From the NCBI GenBank assembly GCA_041676005.1, contig JBAYST010000002.1, forward strand, positions 1-35,959: a stretch of DNA of 35,959 nucleotides, in the 5' to 3' direction. Positions 15,094 to 24,448 of the stretch are shown here, piece after piece (the first letter of the stretch is position 1; each line of letters opens with the position of its first letter). The notes under the pieces were generated by a model. The model worked only from the letters and a program-made list of their open reading frames with translations. It did no database searches and was not told where the DNA came from. A program made the translations under genes and the position numbers. The stretch is from Bacilli bacterium (lineage in GTDB: Bacteria; Bacillota_I; Bacilli_A; RFN20; CAG-826).

Positions 15094-16942
15094 AATAGCA
15101 AGCTCCTCCTTTTTTCCATAAAGCTAAATCAGGATCGTAGTCATCAAAGTTGATTGCACAGGTGATTTTTACAAGTCGTTTACTGCCTTCTAAATCCGTA
15201 CCATAGTCATCATCGCGTTCTTCGTATTGAGCGTTGAGCAAATCTAAATAGCTTTGCCAAGTTTTTTGAACATCTTGTTCATCGCTCCAAGTGTTATAAG
15301 AACGTTTTTGTTCGATGTATCGATCAATCTCCTCTCGGACCGTTTCATCGTTAATTTTAATTTGTTCATTTTTGACAAATTCTTCAAAGATTCGGTAATC
15401 GTACATCGGATCAAATCCTTTGATATTATTTTTGACCGTGTTTGCACGCTCAATATATGTAGACGTATCTGCGTTTAGATAATTGACATAAGTCGTTTTG
15501 GCGACTGTTCCATTTTTTGGATAATCTTGGTCGCGCGGAGTTTTGGTTGTGTAATATTCATCGATTGTGACGTTGTTATATGAATATCCATTTGTAGTAG
15601 CGTTATAGCCATTAATTGTTCCATCTAATTCAAAAACAGATCTTTGAATGACCATGAAATGAATTCCGTATTCACTTCTAACTCCAACAATCACTCGTCC
15701 AAATTCATCGGTGAGAACTTTTTTTGTTCCAAGTCCTAAACCTGGAATTAGACGGAATCCGGTTTTTCCAGCTGCTGGAGTGACCAAGGCTGGATAATCG
15801 TGATTGCCAGTATCATCTAGTTTTTCATCTGTGATTACAAAGACGTTGTGAATATTGAGAAAATTGTTCCAATAGATATTTCTTGGGAAATATTTGGCCA
15901 CGCCCTCATTAACTGTTACTTTACCAGGAGTTTTTTCGGTTTTATAAACTTCGCCCAATCTTTTAAATACTTCAAAAGACACTTCGCCTAATCCGATTTG
16001 TTCTAATTGTGAATCGACATTTAAGGCACTGCCACTGTCTGTGTCGTATTCTTTATCTAATCCAAAGAATTCTTTACGATCAAACGTTTGATCGCCAGTG
16101 ACATTTTTAGCGTAAATTCCATCAAATGCAAAAATCCCTAATTTGAATTCGTTTACGAACGAAGTGCTGACATCCATGATCCCCGCATCACCGTAAATGG
16201 AAGAAGAAGTATCATCACTCCATTGTGAAGCAGCATTACCAAAGGTATTTGTCGCACTCGCGAGTGCTTCATAAACCGTGTTTAAGTGCTGCGCTTCATC
16301 AGCCGTAATCTCACTAGTTACGTAATTGCTAGCGTCTCCACTCGTTTTAACTAAGATGTGGCGAATGTGATATGGGGACATAGCTTTGTGATTTTCAGTG
16401 CTATATTTGGCCCAATTACCGCCTTCTTTTTTAAAACCGATGTATTCACTAGTCAAGGAAGGGAGATTATTGTCGAGGTGTTTGTCCTCGATTTCTTTCT
16501 TTTCTAATTGATAAAGGAATAGTTCGACAAGTTCTTTTCGATCTTCAACTTTGTTGTTGTCAAGAATCTTCTCCCATTCTTCATCGTATTTAGTTCCGTT
16601 TGTGTTAGCGTTAGATCTCGCTTCTTGTTCTTTAGCCTTAACTTTGTCTTCGGCTTCAGCCTTCAAAGAAACGAGTTTCGCTTTGACATCTGCGTCGGTA
16701 CTTGTATCAAAATAGTTGCGAATCAAAACTTCGAGAATTGCTTCGTAGAATTTTGAAATTCCATTAGCGCTTGTTTTATATTCGTTAAACAAAGCGGTGG
16801 CATCAACGTCAAGGGTCTCTCCGTTATAACCCGTGAGCGTTAAAATGGAATTATCTTTAGCGGTTACGTCTGAACACGCTGTAAGTCCAAGCGCAGCAAT
16901 GAAAGCAGAAACTAAAGCAATAGATAACTTTTTATGCTTCAT
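15083..16942 (-). CDS. PrsA-like foldase lipoprotein with an interrupted parvulin PPIase domain (619 aa)
   Basis: Signal peptide MKHKKLSIALVSAFIAALGLTAC (lipobox L-T-A-C, Cys23). N-terminal SurA_N/PrsA-like chaperone region. Parvulin motifs IRHILVK (aa ~193), AASQWSDDTSSSIYGDAGIMDV..FVNEFKLGIFA (aa ~237-272) and VRSEYGIHFMVIQ (aa ~421-433). AAGGAGG SD upstream. Confidence 0.75.
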   Translation of the reverse strand: MKHKKLSIALVSAFIAALGLTACSDVTAKDNSILTLTGYNGETLDVDATALFNEYKTSANGISKFYEAILEVLIRNYFDTSTDADVKAKLVSLKAEAEDKVKAKEQEARSNANTNGTKYDEEWEKILDNNKVEDRKELVELFLYQLEKKEIEDKHLDNNLPSLTSEYIGFKKEGGNWAKYSTENHKAMSPYHIRHILVKTSGDASNYVTSEITADEAQHLNTVYEALASATNTFGNAASQWSDDTSSSIYGDAGIMDVSTSFVNEFKLGIFAFDGIYAKNVTGDQTFDRKEFFGLDKEYDTDSGSALNVDSQLEQIGLGEVSFEVFKRLGEVYKTEKTPGKVTVNEGVAKYFPRNIYWNNFLNIHNVFVITDEKLDDTGNHDYPALVTPAAGKTGFRLIPGLGLGTKKVLTDEFGRVIVGVRSEYGIHFMVIQRSVFELDGTINGYNATTNGYSYNNVTIDEYYTTKTPRDQDYPKNGTVAKTTYVNYLNADTSTYIERANTVKNNIKGFDPMYDYRIFEEFVKNEQIKINDETVREEIDRYIEQKRSYNTWSDEQDVQKTWQSYLDLLNAQYEERDDDYGTDLEGSKRLVKITCAINFDDYDPDLALWKKGGACYYEK

Positions 16943-16974
16943 TATGCGTCCTCCTTAATTTTCATAGCGTTAAT

Positions 16975-17003
16975 ATTTTATATATTAGTAATTTTTATTG
17001 CAA
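16975..17003 (-). promoter_or_regulatory. sigma-A type promoter for the lipoprotein operon
   Basis: Read on the minus strand: TTGCAA (17003-16998), 17-nt spacer, TAAAAT (16980-16975), about 30 nt upstream of ATG 16942. Confidence 0.6.
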
Positions 17004-17080
17004 CTAAATAATTTAGAAGTTTCACGTTTCACATTTCAAATGATATTTTTAATAAAAATAGAAAAAAGTTATCGTATTGT

Positions 17081-17109
17081 TTGATACTAATATTTCTCTG
17101 TTGTAAAAT
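17081..17109 (+). promoter_or_regulatory. sigma-A type promoter for the suf operon
   Basis: TTGATA (17081-17086), 17-nt spacer, TAAAAT (17104-17109). GAGG at 17121-17124 and ATG at 17133 follow. Confidence 0.6.
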
Positions 17110-17132
17110 TGTTTGGATTTGAGGTAAAAACA

Positions 17133-17948
17133 ATGCGCGAATTAACAATAAAAGACCTTCATGTTTCTACAGAAGGAAAAGAAATATTAAAAGGAGTCAA
17201 TTTGACTATTTATCAAGGTGAGACGATTGCGTTATTAGGACCCAACGGTCACGGTAAATCGACTTTGTTAAATGTGATTATGGGACATCCTAAATATATG
17301 ATTACGAGTGGAACGATTGAACTAGATGGGCAAGACATCACGTGTCTAGGTCCTGACGAAAGATCTAAAGCGGGTATTTTTCTTGGAATGCAATACCCTG
17401 CAGAAGTTCCAGGAGTTATAAATGCTGACTTCTTAAAAGCCGCGATCAATGTTCGAAATGAGAAACCGATTTCTTTATATAATTTCTATCGTGTTGTCGA
17501 TGGCACAACGAAAGAATTAGGAATGCCTCTTGACCTTGCGAATCGTTTTTTAAATGAAGGGTTTTCAGGTGGCGAAAAGAAGAGAAATGAAATTTTACAA
17601 ATGATGATTTTAAAACCAGATTTTGTCTTACTAGATGAGATCGATTCAGGGCTTGATGTCGATGCGATTCAATCGGTCGCAAACGCCCTCAAAAAAAATC
17701 AAACTCCGGATAGAAGTTTTCTTATTATTTCCCATTACGCGCGATTATTTGATTTAGTCACTCCGACAAGATCTTTGGTGATGATCAACGGTCGAATTGT
17801 TTTAGAGGGCGGGATGGAATTGATTCAAAAAATAGATAAAAGCGGATATGAATTTTTAAAACTTGAGCACGGAATTGAAATTGAAAAAGAAGCCGAAACA
17901 ATGAACCAAATTTCAATAGGTGTTTGTGCGACAAGAGAAAGATTTTAA
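17133..17948 (+). CDS. sufC: Fe-S cluster assembly ATPase SufC
   Basis: Start reassigned to ATG 17133 (MRELTIKDLHVS) with a GAGG SD; the listed 17109 TTG lies within the -10 box. Walker A GPNGHGKST, signature FSGGEKKRNEILQ, Walker B FVLLDEIDSGLD, H-loop ISHY. Confidence 0.93.
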   Translation: MRELTIKDLHVSTEGKEILKGVNLTIYQGETIALLGPNGHGKSTLLNVIMGHPKYMITSGTIELDGQDITCLGPDERSKAGIFLGMQYPAEVPGVINADFLKAAINVRNEKPISLYNFYRVVDGTTKELGMPLDLANRFLNEGFSGGEKKRNEILQMMILKPDFVLLDEIDSGLDVDAIQSVANALKKNQTPDRSFLIISHYARLFDLVTPTRSLVMINGRIVLEGGMELIQKIDKSGYEFLKLEHGIEIEKEAETMNQISIGVCATRERF

Positions 17949-18761
17949 ATGGAAAGAACGAGCGTTTCTAAATTGATCAAAAATGGTGAACTCGTCTTCA
18001 CTCAACAAGACAGTTTTTCATATGTTTTAGATAGTGCTGAATTAGAAAATGTTTCTAGTTTAGTTTTAAAAAAAGGAGCGCGAATCAACTTACTTTTGCT
18101 AGATGATGCGGCGACTAAACTTAAAATTGTTTTGAAGGAAAATTCGTCTTTAGATTTTAAATCTTTAAACACTTTTGAAATCAAAAACTCTGAAAAAACC
18201 TTTGATTTACGCGCAAATACGGAATTAAAACTCAGTTTTGCTGATTTTTCAGCAGGAAAAGGAGTTGAAAAAGTCACGGTCAATTTGCTCGGAAGAAACG
18301 CAAAATGCAATTGGTTTTTGTCATCGATTTCTACTCAAAAAGATAATAAGGAATTTAAAGTTTCAATTAATCATATTGCTCCAGATACAACTGCGACTGT
18401 GGATAGTTATGGAGTCGCTAAGGATGAATCGCGTTTAGTCTTTTCTGGTGTTTCTCATATTCAAACAAACGCGCAAAAATCTAAGACTAAACAAAATGCA
18501 CGGATCATGGTTTTTTCGCGTGATGCTATTGCAGTTGCGAAGCCGATTTTGAAGATTGATGAAAACGATGTTCAAGCCGGACACGCTGCCGCATTAGGTC
18601 AAGTCAACGAAGAACATTTGTTTTACCTAAGATCCCGCGGTCTCAGTGAAAACGAAGCGAAAACATTGATTATTATGGGATATTTAAAACCGATTTTGCG
18701 GAACTTTGAAGACGAAGAAATCAAACAAAAAATTGAGAAATTAATATTGGAGAGGGTGTGA
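17949..18761 (+). CDS. sufD: Fe-S cluster assembly protein SufD (short form, 270 aa)
   Basis: Located between sufC and sufS. The C-terminal region ...IDENDVQAGHAAALGQVNEEHLFYLRSRGLSENEAKTLIIMGY matches the conserved SufB/SufD C-terminal helices. Confidence 0.85.
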   Translation: MERTSVSKLIKNGELVFTQQDSFSYVLDSAELENVSSLVLKKGARINLLLLDDAATKLKIVLKENSSLDFKSLNTFEIKNSEKTFDLRANTELKLSFADFSAGKGVEKVTVNLLGRNAKCNWFLSSISTQKDNKEFKVSINHIAPDTTATVDSYGVAKDESRLVFSGVSHIQTNAQKSKTKQNARIMVFSRDAIAVAKPILKIDENDVQAGHAAALGQVNEEHLFYLRSRGLSENEAKTLIIMGYLKPILRNFEDEEIKQKIEKLILERV

Positions 18762-20002
18762 GTAAATCTATGTATGACGTATATAAAATAAGAAAGCAAT
18801 TTCCGATGTTAGACGGGACGAAATCGATGAATGGAAAACCACTCATATTTTTAGATAACGCTTCGACAACTTTTAAACCTCAATCGGTCATCGACACACT
18901 CACGAAATATTATTCACAAACGACTTCAAATTCTCATCGCGGAGATTACGATCTTTGTTATCAAATGGACGTTGAAGTTGAAAACTCACGACAAGTTATT
19001 GCTGATTTCATTAATGGTGAGAAAAAAGAAATAATTTTTACCAGCGGCACTTCGATGTCAATCAATCTTATCGCTTATGGTTACGGAATAAAATTTTTAA
19101 CTGCAGATGATGAAATTTTAATCACTGAAGCCGAACATGCTTCTAATGTTTTACCTTGGTTTAGAGTTCATGAATTAACTGGTTGTAAAATTTCTTACAT
19201 TCCATTAGATAAAAAAGGGAGATTGACTCCCGAAAATTTGCGGAAGGTAATTTCTAAAAAAACCAAGATGGTTTGTGTCGCGCATGTAACCAATGTTTTA
19301 GGTTTCATTGCTCCGATTAAAGAATTGGCCAAAATTGCACATGAATACGGTGCTGTCATCGCGGTTGATGGAGCGCAATCTGTTCCGCATATCAAAACTG
19401 ACGTCAAGGATTTAGATATTGATTTCCTTTCCTTTTCCGGACATAAAATGTGTGGGCCCACTGGAGTCGGAGTTTTATGGGGAAAATATGACCTTCTCGA
19501 TAAAATGGACCCATTTTTAGCAGGTGGTGGGATGAATGCTAAATTCGACATGTGTGGTGATATTGAATATTTGATTCCACCATCTAAATTCGAAGCGGGA
19601 ACCATGAATCTATCTGGAATTCTCGGTTTGAAAACCGCAGTAGAATTCATCAATGAAATCGGAATTGACAATATTCATGAACATGAAATCAATTTAAGAA
19701 AACATTTCATTGAAAAAGCAAAAGACATTGAGGATTTGATCATTTATAACGAAGAAGGCGGCACCGGAATTGTCACCTTTAACATCAGAGATGTTTTTGC
19801 CCAAGATGAAGCGACCCTTTTGAATAGCAAAGGAATCGCAGTTAGAAGTGGTCAACATTGTGCAAAAATATTGACTAATTTCTTAAAAACAAGCGCAACT
19901 TGTCGGATGTCGACTTATTTATATACTACATATGAAGATATTGACCAATTTTTAAATGCTCTTCGTGAAGGAGGTAATATTTTAGATGCTTATTTTAACT
20001 GA
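18758..20002 (+). CDS. sufS: cysteine desulfurase SufS (class II aminotransferase V)
   Basis: PLP lysine in FSGHKMCGPTGVGVL, catalytic cysteine loop RSGQHCA, HRGDY substrate motif. GTG at 18758 or ATG at 18770 are both possible starts. Confidence 0.92.
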   Translation: MSKSMYDVYKIRKQFPMLDGTKSMNGKPLIFLDNASTTFKPQSVIDTLTKYYSQTTSNSHRGDYDLCYQMDVEVENSRQVIADFINGEKKEIIFTSGTSMSINLIAYGYGIKFLTADDEILITEAEHASNVLPWFRVHELTGCKISYIPLDKKGRLTPENLRKVISKKTKMVCVAHVTNVLGFIAPIKELAKIAHEYGAVIAVDGAQSVPHIKTDVKDLDIDFLSFSGHKMCGPTGVGVLWGKYDLLDKMDPFLAGGGMNAKFDMCGDIEYLIPPSKFEAGTMNLSGILGLKTAVEFINEIGIDNIHEHEINLRKHFIEKAKDIEDLIIYNEEGGTGIVTFNIRDVFAQDEATLLNSKGIAVRSGQHCAKILTNFLKTSATCRMSTYLYTTYEDIDQFLNALREGGNILDAYFN

Positions 20003-20411
20003 GCAAATGATGAGAGAAATCATCGTCGATCATTACACTTACCCTAGAAACAAGAGAAATCCTGATTCGGATAAATATGAGAAAATCCATATGCATTCTG
20101 AAAACTGCATCGATGATTTGGATATTTATGTTTTAAAAGAAAACGGCATGATAAAAGACGCCTGTTTTAATGGTGTTGGATGTGCTATTTCTACTGCAAG
20201 TACTGATATTTTATGTGATTTGGTTAAAAACCAAAACATTGCTACAGCGATGTCGATTCTAAAAAACTATGAAGCGATGATTCACGCTAAACCATACGAT
20301 AAAGAAATTTTAGATGAAGCAATTGTCTTTATGAATACTTCAAAACAAGCAGCGCGGATTCGTTGTGCGATGATTGGTTGTACCGCAATTGAGGAATTGA
20401 TAAAAAAATGA
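19986..20411 (+). CDS. sufU: sulfur-transfer / scaffold protein SufU (IscU-like)
   Basis: 141 aa, with conserved ligand residues in [18 protein letters not shown] and RIRCAMIG. It sits between sufS and sufB, as in the Firmicutes sufCDSUB operon. Confidence 0.9.
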   Translation: MLILTEQMMREIIVDHYTYPRNKRNPDSDKYEKIHMHSENCIDDLDIYVLKENGMIKDACFNGVGCAISTASTDILCDLVKNQNIATAMSILKNYEAMIHAKPYDKEILDEAIVFMNTSKQAARIRCAMIGCTAIEELIKK

Positions 20412-21811
20412 AAAAGAAAGATAAAATAGTTTTTCAAGAAGATACTGACACTGGCTTTAAAAATGTCGATGTTTCGATTTTAAAATCAGGAATTGGGCTA
20501 AGTGAACAAGTCGTTCGCAATATTTCGCGCTGGAAAAATGAACCTGAATGGATGCTTGAATATCGTTTAGAATCATTTAAGAGTTTTAATCGTTTCCCCT
20601 TGCCGCCTTTTGGGCCAGATTTGAGTGAAATCGACTTTGACACCTTCACATATTTTACCCGTCCGAGCGAAAAAGAAGAAACGAGTTGGGAAAATGTCCC
20701 AGAAACAATCAAAGAAACATTTAGAAAACTCGGTATTCCCGAAGCTGAACAAAAGTTCTTATCTGGAGTTTCGACGCAATATGAATCCGAAGTTGTGTAC
20801 CACAACATGCTCGATGAAGTGAAAGAAAAAGGCGTTATTTTCCTTTCGACTGATATGGCATTAAAATTATATCCAGATTTAGTGAAAAAATATTTTGGTA
20901 CCGTCGTTCCCTACAATGACAATAAATTCTCAGCGTTAAATGGAGCGGTTTGGTCTGGAGGTTCTTTTATCTATGTTCCCAAAGGAGTTAAACTCGAAAA
21001 ACCCTTACAAAGTTATTTCCGAATCAACAATGAAAAAACGGGACAATTTGAAAGAACATTGATCATCGTCGATGAAGGAGCAGACGTCCACTACGTGGAA
21101 GGTTGCACCGCGCCTGCTTATTCAAAAGAATCTCTTCATGCTGCCGTTGTAGAAATCATAGTTTTAAAAGGTGGAAAATGCCGATATTCAACCGTTCAAA
21201 ATTGGTCGACAAATATTATCAATCTCGTCACTAAAAGAGCGGTCTGTTATGAAGATGCTTCAATGGATTGGATCGATGGGAATATCGGTTCGATGACAAA
21301 CATGAAATATCCTGCCTGTATTTTATTAGGAGAAGGCGCTAAAGGAACTTGTATTTCTATTGCGGTTGCCGGAAATGGACAATATCAAGATGCAGGTGCA
21401 AGAATGATCCATAAAGCTCCAAATACATCTTCGACAATCATTTCAAAATCGGTGGTCAAAAATGGTGGCGTTTCCAATTATCGAGGAACGGTGAGATTTG
21501 AAAAAAATGCTCACAATTCTCGCTCTCATATTGAATGCGATACTTTGATTTTGGATGAAAAATCACGTAGTGATACGATTCCAGTAAACGAAGTGAGAAA
21601 TAATACGTCGTTTATCGAGCATGAAGCGACAGTCAGTAAGATAAATGAAGATCAATTGTTTTATCTTATGAGTCGCGGACTCAGTAAACAAAATGCGATG
21701 CAAATGATAATTATGGGTTTTATTGAACCTTTTTCAAGAGAACTCCCGATGGAATATGCAGTTGAACTCAATCAGCTGATAAAAATGGACATGGAGGGAA
21801 GTGTTGGCTAG
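20408..21811 (+). CDS. sufB: Fe-S cluster assembly scaffold SufB
   Basis: 467 aa. Conserved SufB segments [44 protein letters not shown] overlap with sufU. Confidence 0.95.
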   Translation: MKKKDKIVFQEDTDTGFKNVDVSILKSGIGLSEQVVRNISRWKNEPEWMLEYRLESFKSFNRFPLPPFGPDLSEIDFDTFTYFTRPSEKEETSWENVPETIKETFRKLGIPEAEQKFLSGVSTQYESEVVYHNMLDEVKEKGVIFLSTDMALKLYPDLVKKYFGTVVPYNDNKFSALNGAVWSGGSFIYVPKGVKLEKPLQSYFRINNEKTGQFERTLIIVDEGADVHYVEGCTAPAYSKESLHAAVVEIIVLKGGKCRYSTVQNWSTNIINLVTKRAVCYEDASMDWIDGNIGSMTNMKYPACILLGEGAKGTCISIAVAGNGQYQDAGARMIHKAPNTSSTIISKSVVKNGGVSNYRGTVRFEKNAHNSRSHIECDTLILDEKSRSDTIPVNEVRNNTSFIEHEATVSKINEDQLFYLMSRGLSKQNAMQMIIMGFIEPFSRELPMEYAVELNQLIKMDMEGSVG

Positions 21812-21813
21812 AA

Positions 21814-23685
21814 ATGAATAACACTTTCGATATCATTGTTGTCGGCGGAGGTCATGCCGGATTAGAAGCTGCATTTGCAAGTGCACGTTTAGGGTCAAAA
21901 ACCCTTCTTTTAACTCTGAATATCAAAATGATGGGAAATATGCCGTGTAATCCTTCAATTGGTGGCTCCGCTAAAGGGATTGTAGTAAGAGAAATAGATG
22001 CTCTTGGCGGAATGATGGGAATCGCGGCTGATCATGAATATTTACAAATGAAAATGCTCAACACCAGTAAAGGTCCGGGCGTGCAATGTTTGAGAGCGCA
22101 AGCCGATAAAATTACTTATCCACGCTTCATGCAAGAATTAGCGTTAAAAACGGACAACCTCACTGTTTTAGAAGGGATGGTAACCAAGATCATTCATGAT
22201 GAGCAGACGATCAAAGGCGTGGCGACAAGCGATGGGAGAAAATTTTATTCTCGCGCTGTAATTTTAGCTACTGGCACTTACATGGAAAGTGAAATACTCA
22301 TCGGTCACAGCAAAACAAGTGGTGGACCTGATGGCGAATTACCGTCTTTAGGATTATCGGAAAATTTAAGATCGATGGGAATTGAAATCTATCGGTTAAA
22401 AACCGGAACACCTCAGAGGATTAAAAAAGATTCAATCGATTTTTCGAAATCGGAACCACAATACGGAACACCAGAAAAATTGGCATTTTCATATGAAACC
22501 ACCACATTTGTCCCAATTGAAGAACAATTGCCATGTTATTTAACTTATACAACTCCTAAAACGCATTTAATTATCAACGAACATTTAGAAGATTCCTCAC
22601 TTTACAGTGGACTAGTTAAAGGTGTTGGACCGCGCTATTGCCCTTCTATTGAAGATAAAATCGTGAAGTTCGCCGATAAGCAACGGCATCAACTATTTTT
22701 AGAACCCGAATCAAAGATAACTGATTCGATTTATTTGCAAGGTTTTTCAACGAGCATGCCAAAAGACGTCCAAATTGAAATGGTTCATTCTTTACCAGGC
22801 TTTGAAAAAGCAGAAATTTTAAAATATGCATACGCAATTGAATACGATGCGATCAAAACCGAAGAGTACGATGCAACTTTAATGATTAAAAAATGGCCAG
22901 GTTTATACGTGAGTGGTCAAATTTGTGGAACTTCAGGTTATGAAGAAGCGGCGGGTCTAGGTTTAATGGCGGGAATAAACGCAACTTTTAGATTACAAAA
23001 TAAAGAACCACTGATTCTAAGGCGAGATCAATCCTACATCGGAGTGATGATTGATGACCTTATTACAAAAGGAACCGAAGAGCCATATCGATTGATGTCT
23101 TCTCGTGCGGAATTCAGGCTTCTTCTTCGCCACGATAATGCAGATTTTAGATTGACAGAAATAGGCTATAAAATAGGGCTAATCAGCGAAGAAAGATATA
23201 AAAAATTTAAAACTAAAAAAGAGAAAGTTGATCGAGTAATTGAAATCTTGAACACTAAGTTTATCGGAAAGCGAAAACCATTTGTAGATTATTTGATTTC
23301 TCTAGGTTTTAACGAAGTTAAGGGTGGCACAAAAGCTTCAGAAATTTTGAAGCGACCCGGGGTTACATATCGTGATTTAATTGCCTTTGTTCCTGATTTA
23401 AAAAACATACCTTTAGAGCATGAGACGGTTAAAGAAGTAGAAACAATGGTAAAATACGAGGGATATATCGCCAATCAAATCAAAGAAGCTAAAAATATGG
23501 CCAAACTAGATGAGGTGAAACTTCCCCCTGGAATCGATTATCTGAAGATGGATGGATTAGCTTTAGAAGCTAGATCTAAACTTGCAAAAATCGGTCCACG
23601 AACTATCGGACAAGCTTCAAGAATTTCTGGCGTTAATCCTGCGGATATTGCGATTTTATTAATGAACATTAAAAGGAGAGACTAA
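21814..23685 (+). CDS. mnmG: tRNA uridine-5-carboxymethylaminomethyl modification enzyme MnmG (GidA)
   Basis: FAD motif DIIVVGGGHAGLEAA, then NPSIGG.AKG, GPRYCPSIEDK and QICGTSGYEEAA. 623 aa. It starts 2 nt after the sufB stop. Confidence 0.96.
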   Translation: MNNTFDIIVVGGGHAGLEAAFASARLGSKTLLLTLNIKMMGNMPCNPSIGGSAKGIVVREIDALGGMMGIAADHEYLQMKMLNTSKGPGVQCLRAQADKITYPRFMQELALKTDNLTVLEGMVTKIIHDEQTIKGVATSDGRKFYSRAVILATGTYMESEILIGHSKTSGGPDGELPSLGLSENLRSMGIEIYRLKTGTPQRIKKDSIDFSKSEPQYGTPEKLAFSYETTTFVPIEEQLPCYLTYTTPKTHLIINEHLEDSSLYSGLVKGVGPRYCPSIEDKIVKFADKQRHQLFLEPESKITDSIYLQGFSTSMPKDVQIEMVHSLPGFEKAEILKYAYAIEYDAIKTEEYDATLMIKKWPGLYVSGQICGTSGYEEAAGLGLMAGINATFRLQNKEPLILRRDQSYIGVMIDDLITKGTEEPYRLMSSRAEFRLLLRHDNADFRLTEIGYKIGLISEERYKKFKTKKEKVDRVIEILNTKFIGKRKPFVDYLISLGFNEVKGGTKASEILKRPGVTYRDLIAFVPDLKNIPLEHETVKEVETMVKYEGYIANQIKEAKNMAKLDEVKLPPGIDYLKMDGLALEARSKLAKIGPRTIGQASRISGVNPADIAILLMNIKRRD

Positions 23686-23687
23686 AA

Positions 23688-24395
23688 GTGAATTGGGAAG
23701 ATTTAAGGGTAAAACTTTGGGAAAACGGTTTGCCTTATGAACATTCTATGATCGAGCAATTAACTCTTTTAGCTACCTTGACTTTAACTGCTAATGAGAA
23801 AATGAATTTGACCGCCATCAAAGAATTAGAGATGTTTGTTGAGAAAATGATTTTTGATTGTGCACTCGGTGGTAAAGATCATAGCGAATTTGAAAATAAA
23901 ACCGTTTTAGATTTCGGTTCTGGAGCTGGTTTTCCAGGATTCGTGATAGCGATTCTTTTTCCAACTTCGGATGTTACACTTCTCGATGCCACAAAAAAGA
24001 AAACCGAGCATCTTAAGAAAATTGCCCAGGAGTTGAATTTAACAAATGTTAAAGTCGTTAATGCAAGAGGTGAAGAATTCGCAAATACGCACCGTGAACA
24101 TTATGATTATGTCATTGCTCGCGCTGTTGCGCCTTTGAATATCTTAATTGAATTAACTGCTCCACTTGTCAAGGTTGGAGGAGAACTCATAGCGATGAAA
24201 GGCAAAAACGGATTACAAGAATACGAAGAATCCGTGGCCGCTATTCAAAAAACTGGGCTAAATCTTAAAAAGATTTTCGACGAACAATTGCCAGAATGCC
24301 AAGAAGAGAGAATGAATTTTACATTTGATAAAATAACTAAAACACCGAAAAAATATCCTCGTGCATACGCTGAAATTTTAGCTAAACCTTTATAA
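23688..24395 (+). CDS. rsmG: 16S rRNA (guanine527-N7)-methyltransferase RsmG (GidB)
   Basis: GTG start 2 nt after the mnmG stop. SAM motif LDFGSGAGFPG, then ARAVA and GGELIAMKG segments. Classic mnmG-rsmG pairing. Confidence 0.92.
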   Translation: MNWEDLRVKLWENGLPYEHSMIEQLTLLATLTLTANEKMNLTAIKELEMFVEKMIFDCALGGKDHSEFENKTVLDFGSGAGFPGFVIAILFPTSDVTLLDATKKKTEHLKKIAQELNLTNVKVVNARGEEFANTHREHYDYVIARAVAPLNILIELTAPLVKVGGELIAMKGKNGLQEYEESVAAIQKTGLNLKKIFDEQLPECQEERMNFTFDKITKTPKKYPRAYAEILAKPL

Positions 24396-24400
24396 TCTTA

Positions 24401-24429
24401 TTACTTTAGTTAAAACAAGATAGTATAAT
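24401..24429 (+). promoter_or_regulatory. sigma-A type promoter for parA-parB
   Basis: TTACTT (24401-24406), 17-nt spacer, TATAAT (24424-24429). GAGGA SD and ATG 24449 follow. Confidence 0.6.
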
Positions 24430-24448
24430 ATGTTTCACGAGGAATAGT

